From the UHGV virus genome UHGV-1669581: a DNA stretch of 12,517 nt; one strand, written 5' to 3'. Below, piece after piece: positions 7,287 to 12,517 of this stretch. Each line of letters begins with the position of its first letter. Within the stretch, counting starts at the first letter, position 1. This DNA comes from a virus. Under the pieces are notes generated by a model that saw only the letters and a program-made list of their open reading frames with translations, was not told where the DNA came from and searched no databases. The position numbers were made by a program, and so were the translations under genes.

Positions 7287-7936
7287 GCCGCCATCTCCCT
7301 GACCAGTTTTTCTGCCTGCTGGCGAACCTGCGCCAGAAACGCCTCACCACATGCCTCAAGTTCATCGCGCCCGATGTAGCTGATTGCCGGTCCCTTCCAG
7401 GTCTTGTCGAAAACAGCAATAGCACCAGCGAAGAAAGCGCCTGTCGGCACCTGCTTCTCGTCCTTCGGGATAAACCAGACAGGCAGTTCAAAACCAATAC
7501 GCCCGCGAATAAAAGCAATATGATCTGCATCTTCCGGCCACCACACTTCGCTGGTGGCAGCTTTGATCAGGAAAACATAGCGCCCGCCTTTATCACGCAT
7601 GGCACTGGCATGCTTCATGATGTAACGCATGCCGGTGATGTATTGCCCCTCATGCTGACTGGCGCGGCTGTATGGGGGATTACCAAAGGCAGCACCTTTA
7701 AGCTCCGCAAGGCGTTCTGACCAGTCATGCGCCAGCGCGTTGTCTTCCGCCGTGTAATACGCAGCACATTTGGCGTTATCACCGTCAGTAAACAGATCCA
7801 GAACAAACGGGCCAAACAGAGTGTTAATTCCCCTGAAAATGTTGTCCGGCGTGCGCCACTGATCGCCCACTTCCTTCAGTTCATGGGCTGGTTTGTTCCG
7901 CAGTTCCGCCAGCGCCTGGCAATATTTATTACTCAT
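7283..7936 (-). CDS. Phage Dam-type DNA N6-adenine methyltransferase (orphan methyltransferase)
   Basis: NPPY motif (AFGNPPYS) and WRTPDNIF-type N-terminus typical of phage N6-adenine methyltransferases. The ATG at 7936 overlaps the upstream stop as TAATG and is the preferred start; the longer frame opens at 7969. Confidence 0.8.
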   Translation of the reverse strand: MSNKYCQALAELRNKPAHELKEVGDQWRTPDNIFRGINTLFGPFVLDLFTDGDNAKCAAYYTAEDNALAHDWSERLAELKGAAFGNPPYSRASQHEGQYITGMRYIMKHASAMRDKGGRYVFLIKAATSEVWWPEDADHIAFIRGRIGFELPVWFIPKDEKQVPTGAFFAGAIAVFDKTWKGPAISYIGRDELEACGEAFLAQVRQQAEKLVREMAA

Positions 7937-8430
7937 TAAGCCCCCACGTAATTCCCTGAGAGATACCACTCTTCACCTGATGCAGCCCGCTTACTGCTTT
8001 TCCGTAAACACCGTTCACGACGCGCCAGAAAATTGTTTCGTTCTGGCTGGGAGTGGCTTTCACGGAATGCCGCCATCCACACCGTTGCAGCACGACGGTA
8101 TAAGCCCCTGGACTCCAGTTCTTCCGCCTGGCGGGTCAGGCACAAAATCACCCGCGGGTCGTTAGTGCCGACATAGAAATTGCGCACAGGTCTGGTTTCA
8201 CGAACTGGTTGTGGTTCCGGATCCTGCGCTCTCTCAGTCAGGCGCGGGAAATGTCTGTGTGTATCTCCTTCACAACGGTGAGCCACACGCCCACTCTGAC
8301 GTAGCTTGCTTGCTGACTGCAGAACGCGCTGCCGTGAGTAACCTGCAAAAGCATCCGCAATGTCTCCGGAAGTACAGCCCGGATGGGCTTCAATGAATTT
8401 CTGAACGTCGTTCAAAAGACTCATGCTCAC
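7936..8430 (-). CDS. PerC-like regulator domain protein (C-terminal PerC/Pch-like motif, N-terminal extension)
   Basis: The C-terminal half contains AEELESRGLYRRAATVWMAAF, resembling the PerC/Pch family signature (EKLE.KGLWRRAA.RW) as I recall it. 164 aa; ATGA overlap with the upstream replication gene. Confidence 0.5.
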   Translation of the reverse strand: MSMSLLNDVQKFIEAHPGCTSGDIADAFAGYSRQRVLQSASKLRQSGRVAHRCEGDTHRHFPRLTERAQDPEPQPVRETRPVRNFYVGTNDPRVILCLTRQAEELESRGLYRRAATVWMAAFRESHSQPERNNFLARRERCLRKSSKRAASGEEWYLSGNYVGA

Positions 8431-9368
8431 CCCCTGAATCCTGCCGGGATCTGGCTGTAGTCCACATTGTCGTAACTGGCTTTGAAGTACGGGTCTTCGC
8501 GTTTTTCTGTGTACGTGCTGACGGACGGCGATAAGCGCAGAGAAAGCTCATCCCATTTTTCCCGCAGCTTCGACGGGCTGAGCACGTTACGGCACCAGAA
8601 CGGATCGCGGCTGACGCGGCTGTACATCTCGCAGATTTGTTTGTGAGTACGACCATCCTGCACACACATCAGGCGAATTTCGTTTGCCCAGGCTGTCCAG
8701 TTCGGTTCTTTGGGACGAACCACCTCGCCGTCACATTCGGCAGCCTGCTCGTACAGGGCGATGATTTTTTTCCAGAGCCACTGTGCGCAGGTCAAATCAT
8801 CCTGCGTCCCCCACTGGCGCTTTTTAGGGCTGAATACAACCGCATCAGGATGGCGAGTTAAAAAATCCTGTTCAGCCGTCTGCGTGTCCGGTTGCGAAGC
8901 GTCCGGACGAGAAGGTTTTTTATCTGACGGATCATGTTTTGATTTTACTGACGGATCCCCGCCAGATTCTGACGGGTGAAAACCCGCTTTTTTGCCAGAT
9001 TTCGACGCATCAAATTTTGACGGGTCAGATTTTGATGCGTCAGATTTTGACGGGTCAGAATCTGACAGTTGAGAAAATGCCGCTGCCTGAAGCTTCGCAA
9101 CGTTAAGCTGATAAACATTCGACGCATTGCGGTTACCCTGGCGACGCGCCTTACGCGTTAACCAGCCTTCTGCTTCCAGCCGTGCGATAGCCGTTCTGAC
9201 GGTACTCATCCCCGCGCCAATCTGACGGGCAATAGTTTCAATTGATGGCCAGCACACACCTTCGTCATTACTGAAATCAGCCAGGCGGGCCATAATTGCC
9301 ACGCTGGATAATTTCATGCCTGATGCAGCGCAACCATCCCATACATAGCCGGTTAATTTAGTGCTCAT
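8427..9368 (-). CDS. Replication initiator protein with N-terminal HTH (O-like), carrying internal iterons
   Basis: N-terminus (SSVAIMARLADFSNDEGVCWPSIETIARQIGAGMSTVRTAIARLEAEGWL) matches the replication-protein HTH pattern common in prophages. The central low-complexity tract (SDSDPSKSDASKSDPSKFDASKSGKK) is encoded by tandem DNA repeats. Confidence 0.75.
   Translation of the reverse strand: MSTKLTGYVWDGCAASGMKLSSVAIMARLADFSNDEGVCWPSIETIARQIGAGMSTVRTAIARLEAEGWLTRKARRQGNRNASNVYQLNVAKLQAAAFSQLSDSDPSKSDASKSDPSKFDASKSGKKAGFHPSESGGDPSVKSKHDPSDKKPSRPDASQPDTQTAEQDFLTRHPDAVVFSPKKRQWGTQDDLTCAQWLWKKIIALYEQAAECDGEVVRPKEPNWTAWANEIRLMCVQDGRTHKQICEMYSRVSRDPFWCRNVLSPSKLREKWDELSLRLSPSVSTYTEKREDPYFKASYDNVDYSQIPAGFRG
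8921..9069. repeat. Iteron-like tandem direct repeats (~15-bp period, ~8 copies) inside the replication initiator gene; putative origin
   Basis: Units such as CAGATTCTGACGGGTG, CAGATTTCGACGCATC, AAATTTTGACGGGTC, AGATTTTGATGCGTC, AGATTTTGACGGGTC, AGAATCTGACAGTT. Analogous to ori-lambda iterons inside gene O. Confidence 0.6.
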
Positions 9369-9377
9369 GACCGACCT

Positions 9378-9716
9378 CTATTTCCCTGAATTTACGACGA
9401 AACTGTTCGAGCGGGCTGAAGCACTCATGCTCATAGCCTTCGCGGAGGTAGATAACTCGTTGTGTTTCCGGCTCCCAACGAATGACTCTGACGGGCACTC
9501 CGTAGTGATCTTTGAACCAGCGGTTAACTTGTCGCAAAGGACTGTCTCCTTCTGCCGGTTGAAATCACCCACAGCCCACTCAGCAAAGCTGTGGGTTACA
9601 ATTTCCCTGTCACCTGGTACATTAACTGCATAGCAATACTCCACCTTCGCTTTTCCACCCGGTACAGGAAGCGCAATCAGTTGCGAGCGAAGGTAGTGTG
9701 TTGTTAAACTGTTCAT
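9378..9716 (-). CDS. Hypothetical protein
   Basis: 112-aa ORF translationally coupled at both ends: ATGA overlap with the upstream gene at 9713..9716, and its stop lies 7 nt before the replication gene start with a GAGG RBS in between. No recognisable domain; the C-terminal half is Ser-rich. Confidence 0.45.
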   Translation of the reverse strand: MNSLTTHYLRSQLIALPVPGGKAKVEYCYAVNVPGDREIVTHSFAEWAVGDFNRQKETVLCDKLTAGSKITTECPSESFVGSRKHNELSTSAKAMSMSASARSNSFVVNSGK

Positions 9717-10264
9717 GCGTTAGTTTCTCCACAGTCACGACACGCCACGGCGCCCGGAGCTGCACACTCGCGGGCGTCATTACTTTCTGAAATGCAAAAG
9801 ATTTTGTAGACCAGTGCTGCATGCTCCTGCAGCTTTGAAATTGAGAGATACAGCTCGTCGTTAATTGCTGTCTTCTCATGCGGTTCCACCACACCGTCTT
9901 CGATTGCCGAACGAATCTGTCTGGAATAACTGCCAATCTGTTCAATGACTTCCAGCAGGCGCTGGTTAATATCGGCGTTGTCCACATCCTCGACGTCAGG
10001 AAGAGACACAAAGACGCCATTTGCAGACTGCGCCACAGCGTCAGCAATGAAGTGAGTTCCACCAGCACGTTGCAAAATCATTGCCCATCCCAGCGGGAAA
10101 ATCTGATCGCCATCGGTACGAAGGCGGTTAAATAATGCGTTTTCTGTTACATCCAGCCAGTCAGCTGCTTCAGCGTAACCACCCGGCAACGCTGCGATAG
10201 TTTTTCTGACAGCTTTCACGTACCACTCAGGCTGTTTTTCTACTTTCCAGTGATGCTTACCCAC
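9713..10264 (-). CDS. CII-like / YdaT-like phage regulatory protein
   Basis: 183 aa, second gene after the Cro-like gene (the CII position). Contains a putative HTH ([19 protein letters not shown]) and a C-terminal Cys cluster ([14 protein letters not shown]). The family assignment is from memory and is uncertain. Confidence 0.45.
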   Translation of the reverse strand: MGKHHWKVEKQPEWYVKAVRKTIAALPGGYAEAADWLDVTENALFNRLRTDGDQIFPLGWAMILQRAGGTHFIADAVAQSANGVFVSLPDVEDVDNADINQRLLEVIEQIGSYSRQIRSAIEDGVVEPHEKTAINDELYLSISKLQEHAALVYKIFCISESNDARECAAPGAVACRDCGETNA

Positions 10265-10517
10265 GGTTCACCTCCTGTTCCTGTGGTTTAAACCCATTCT
10301 GGTTTTGGCTAGATTGAAAACGTGCCGGATAAAGAATCTGCATTTCGCTGACTTCACCCTTAAAAAAATTGGCTAAACGTTCTGCAAGCTCGATAGATGG
10401 AATCTGCTCCAGCCTCTCAATACGACTCAACGTCGCTGGATTGACTTGAACACCCGCAGCAACATGCTGCAAAGTGAAACCATGCGCCTTACGCACATTT
10501 CGTAATGGTGATTGCAT
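10257..10517 (-). CDS. cro: Cro-like HTH (XRE-family) regulator
   Basis: 86 aa with an HTH (FTLQHVAAGVQVNPATLSRIE). Divergent from the CI-like repressor across an operator region. GGAGGG RBS 4 nt upstream. Confidence 0.7.
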   Translation of the reverse strand: MQSPLRNVRKAHGFTLQHVAAGVQVNPATLSRIERLEQIPSIELAERLANFFKGEVSEMQILYPARFQSSQNQNGFKPQEQEVNRG

Positions 10518-10614
10518 ATACCCTCCAAATATTGCGCGTTATGCATGTTATTTCACGCAATTATTTTGCGCAAGTTGATTTGCTTATCGCGCAATAAAGA
10601 AATGTAATAAACGC
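10518..10614. promoter_or_regulatory. Divergent PR/PRM-like promoter and operator region with three operator-like sites at 24-bp spacing
   Basis: Three 15-bp dyad-type sites sharing TTGC/GCAA half-sites: TTGCGCGTTATGCAT (10532..10546), CGCAATTATTTTGCG (10556..10570), TTGCTTATCGCGCAA (10580..10594). Candidate PRM: -35 TTGCTT, -10 TAATAA, ending 5 nt before the cI ATG (leaderless-like). Candidate PR on the minus strand: TTGCGC / TAACAT. Confidence 0.55.
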
Positions 10615-11307
10615 ATGAACATAGGAAACCGAGTCAGACAACTTCGCCAAGCGAAGAACATGAAAATCGCCGATCTCGCTGAAGCAATAGGAGTAGATGC
10701 GGCGAACATCTCGCGCTTAGAAACGGGTAAGCAAAAACAATTTACCGAACAAACACTGAGTAATATTGCCAAGAGCTTAGGTGTTGATATTGCTGATCTC
10801 TTTACCTCTGCCCACAAAAGTAATACTGTATATAAAAACAGTAATAATGAGGATGTTGCGCAGGTGAAGGATGTGTTCCGTATTGAAATGCTGGATATCA
10901 GTGCCAGTGCGGGAAATGGCCTTATCCAGGGCGGTGATGTCATTGATGTGATTCATGCCATCGAATACAGAACTGATAATGCTGTATCAATGTTCGGCGG
11001 ACGACCAGCCAATCACATCAAAGTTATCAACGTTCGTGGGGACAGTATGTGTCCAACCATTGAGCCAGGAGATCTCATCTTCGTTGATGTCAGCATCAAT
11101 CAGTTTGATGGTGATGGTATATATGTCTTTGGTTTTGATGACAAAATATACGTTAAAAGACTTCAAATGATTCCTGACAAACTGCTGGTGATTTCTGATA
11201 ACCAGATTTACCGTGAATGGGGAATTACTAGCGAAAACGAACACCGATTCATGGTCTTTGGAAAGGTCTTAATCAGTCAGTCGCAAACCCTTAAGAGACA
11301 TAATTAA
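10615..11307 (+). CDS. cI: CI-type prophage repressor (N-terminal HTH, C-terminal S24 LexA-like autopeptidase)
   Basis: HTH (MKIADLAEAIGVDAANISRLETGK) plus an S24 domain with catalytic Ser in VRGDSMCPTIEPGD and Lys in KIYVKRL. A candidate Ala-Gly cleavage site lies in ASAGNG. Confidence 0.9.
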   Translation: MNIGNRVRQLRQAKNMKIADLAEAIGVDAANISRLETGKQKQFTEQTLSNIAKSLGVDIADLFTSAHKSNTVYKNSNNEDVAQVKDVFRIEMLDISASAGNGLIQGGDVIDVIHAIEYRTDNAVSMFGGRPANHIKVINVRGDSMCPTIEPGDLIFVDVSINQFDGDGIYVFGFDDKIYVKRLQMIPDKLLVISDNQIYREWGITSENEHRFMVFGKVLISQSQTLKRHN

Positions 11308-11326
11308 CCTCAATATCCCATCCATC

Positions 11327-11350
11327 GGCCACCGAAAGGTGGCTTTTTAT
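11327..11350 (+). terminator. Rho-independent terminator downstream of the repressor gene
   Basis: GCCACC-gaaa-GGTGGC followed by TTTTTATT, 20 nt after the cI stop. Confidence 0.65.
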
Positions 11351-11361
11351 TACCTATAAAT

Positions 11362-11412
11362 TTGCATATTTCGCAAACATCACTTGCATATCTCGCAATT
11401 TAATTTTATCTT
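11362..11412 (+). promoter_or_regulatory. OL/pL-like operator pair with a candidate rightward promoter
   Basis: Two near-identical 15-bp sites, TTGCATATTTCGCAA (11362..11376) and TTGCATATCTCGCAA (11384..11398), 22 bp apart, with the same TTGC-N7-GCAA architecture as the cI/cro operators. The second overlaps a candidate -35 TTGCAT, with a weak -10 TATCTT 17 bp downstream. Confidence 0.45.
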
Positions 11413-11564
11413 TTGTTCCAGACCAACTACAGGATTACAACAAAATCTGGTTGCAACACGGTGCATGTGTCGTAAGCAGTCAGTAAATGTCAAAAACGAA
11501 CAGGCAGGACGCCCACGAAGTAGCCGCCTGGGGCATATGAAGTCCTGGATGATTCGTTAGCAAC

Positions 11565-11601
11565 AAAAAAGCGCCCTACAGGACGCTTAGCTCTTTAACA
11601 A
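11565..11601 (+). promoter_or_regulatory. Hairpin followed by an rrn-type boxA match (GCTCTTTAACAA) in the leader upstream of the first early-left ORF; possible antitermination site
   Basis: GCTCTTTAACAA at 11590..11601 matches the rrn boxA consensus as I recall it (TGCTCTTTAACAA) at 12 of 12 positions. Immediately upstream is an imperfect hairpin GCGCCC-taca-GGACGC, giving the hairpin-then-boxA order of rrn antiterminators. The same hairpin on the minus strand is followed by TTTTTTG and could act as a terminator. Confidence 0.35.
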
Positions 11602-11646
11602 TCTGGTCCCCATCAACAAGTAACTGATAACTTGAGGAGATGTGAA

Positions 11647-11853
11647 ATGCACAAAACAGAACCCAAAATCGTCGCGCCTGGCTACACAGATGAGGAAATT
11701 TATGAGTGGATGACAAAGAAGCTGGCAGCTATAAACCAGCTTCGTGAAGTGCTGTCTTATCGACAGGAAACAATAGACGCCTTAAAAAAACTGGATCAGG
11801 AAATCACGGTTTTATCACAGGATGTTACTTTAGATATTGTGCAGACAAATTAG
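11647..11853 (+). CDS. Hypothetical small protein (68 aa), first ORF downstream of the pL-like region; not N-like
   Basis: ATG at 11647 with a GAGGAG RBS 7 nt upstream; the ORF track's 11632 start is a TTG. Acidic/helical sequence with no arginine-rich motif. AT-rich. Its 3' end overlaps the convergent ORF by 29 nt. Confidence 0.45.
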   Translation: MHKTEPKIVAPGYTDEEIYEWMTKKLAAINQLREVLSYRQETIDALKKLDQEITVLSQDVTLDIVQTN

Positions 11854-12259
11854 GATCCCATTCATTTTCGTCAAAATCATCAAAGTGATGAATTTGTGAT
11901 CTCCAGTCTCGATAATCTAAAAATTTCTGGGCGGTTACGCTTATTTTATCAAGTGTGAGTTCATCCTGAATTGAAAGAAGAAGTTCATCAAATTTCATCT
12001 CATTAATCTGTTTTGGCATCCAGTGATGCTTCATCAGAATAAGGTGAACCAGAGCCTTTTTCCCATTCAACTGATTATAGGGAGTGCCGAATTTCTTCCG
12101 GTGCTCATGTAAGACAAGGTCCAAAAGAGTAAGTAATGTTGCCCTTGATTCAACTTTGCTTATTTCGACTGATGACACTACCCCACTGATTTCAATGCCC
12201 CGATACTTTCCAACATTTTCACAGTGGGATTTGTACAGCGTATAGATATTACCGGACAT
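11825..12259 (-). CDS. Hypothetical protein (144 aa), AT-rich moron convergent with the early-left ORF
   Basis: Good RBS (AAAAGGAAAAGAAA-ATG). Visibly AT-rich with atypical codon usage. No recognisable domain; the C-terminus is acidic (FDDFDENEWDP). Direct repeats lie upstream. Confidence 0.55.
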   Translation of the reverse strand: MSGNIYTLYKSHCENVGKYRGIEISGVVSSVEISKVESRATLLTLLDLVLHEHRKKFGTPYNQLNGKKALVHLILMKHHWMPKQINEMKFDELLLSIQDELTLDKISVTAQKFLDYRDWRSQIHHFDDFDENEWDPNLSAQYLK

Positions 12260-12283
12260 TTCTTTTCCTTTTGCGTTGTTGGG

Positions 12284-12323
12284 GATAACCAGATTAACCG
12301 AATCCTTGTTGTTGGGGAATAAC
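12284..12323. repeat. Two direct repeats, GTTGTTGGGGATAAC and GTTGTTGGGGAATAAC, 23 bp apart, immediately upstream of the 144-aa ORF
   Basis: Read directly from the sequence (12285..12299 and 12308..12323). Located 25-65 bp upstream of the minus-strand start codon at 12259. Confidence 0.5.
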
Positions 12324-12517
12324 TAGGTCCACCTCGCCTGATGTGGCTAAAAGCAGGCACATAACAGCTAAGTATTTTCAACCAGAGAGAATCCTTAGCG
12401 TTGTGGTGAATGCGGCTCAGCGCACGCGGGTTAAGGTTGAGGCTGACAGTCGACCTTCTGTGGATACCCACCCGCCTGGTGTGCAACCTTCGCCAGGCAC
12501 CGGGAGGCACCCGGCAC

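Noticed and set aside
7018-7530. 170-aa minus-strand ORF, plus the plus-strand ORFs 6990..7277 and 7139..7720
   Set aside because: Arg/Ser/Gly-rich, low-complexity translations that lie entirely within or across the well-supported LexA-like and Dam methyltransferase genes in other frames; typical shadow ORFs of GC-rich coding DNA.
7893-8979. Plus-strand ORFs 7893..8165, 8211..8396, 8637..8861 and 8710..8979, and minus-strand ORFs 8390..8665 and 8945..9127
   Set aside because: These overlap the PerC-like and replication genes in alternative frames. The 8945..9127 ORF simply translates the iteron array in another frame (repetitive LTRQNLT), so it is an artefact of the DNA repeats.
9878-10135. 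85-aa plus-strand ORF
   Set aside because: Antisense to and fully inside the CII-like gene, with no RBS.
12178-12510. 110-aa minus-strand ORF at the right edge
   Set aside because: Arg-rich translation that runs through the intergenic direct repeats and into the 5' end of the 144-aa gene out of frame, with no RBS; likely spurious.
1-12517. CRISPR array, IS element or transposase, integrase/att site
   Set aside because: No regularly spaced identical repeats with unique spacers, no terminal inverted repeats flanking a transposase-like ORF, and no tyrosine-recombinase-like ORF within the window. The 15-bp repeats at 8921..9069 are contiguous iterons inside a gene, not CRISPR repeats.

Overview
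This window reads as a lambdoid (DLP12/lambda-like) enterobacterial prophage segment, running right to left on the minus strand from the immunity region to the lysis cassette. From the right: a CI-type repressor (HTH + S24 autopeptidase, + strand) faces a divergent early-right operon on the minus strand, with an operator-rich region between them. That operon carries a Cro-like HTH, a CII/YdaT-like regulator, an HTH replication initiator with an internal iteron array, a PerC-like regulator, a Dam-type N6-adenine methyltransferase, a LexA-like wHTH protein, RusA, a KilA-N protein, a DUF968-like protein and a small Q-like antiterminator. The lysis cassette follows: holin S, lambda-R-type endolysin, Rz, and an embedded Rz1 lipoprotein. 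Three visibly AT-rich accessory (moron-like) insertions interrupt this backbone. The best candidate for an undescribed system is a 248-aa protein with an N-terminal HNH-like zinc-finger nuclease motif and an unrecognised C-terminal domain, sitting on the opposite strand between Q and the holin with its own terminator. The second is a convergent, 3'-overlapping gene pair just past cI, beside direct repeats and an rrn-type boxA match. The third is a ribbon-helix-helix protein plus a 136-141-aa protein past the lysis genes. All calls rest on reading the six-frame translations and motifs by eye; no database search was run. No tRNA, rRNA, CRISPR array or IS element was recognised.
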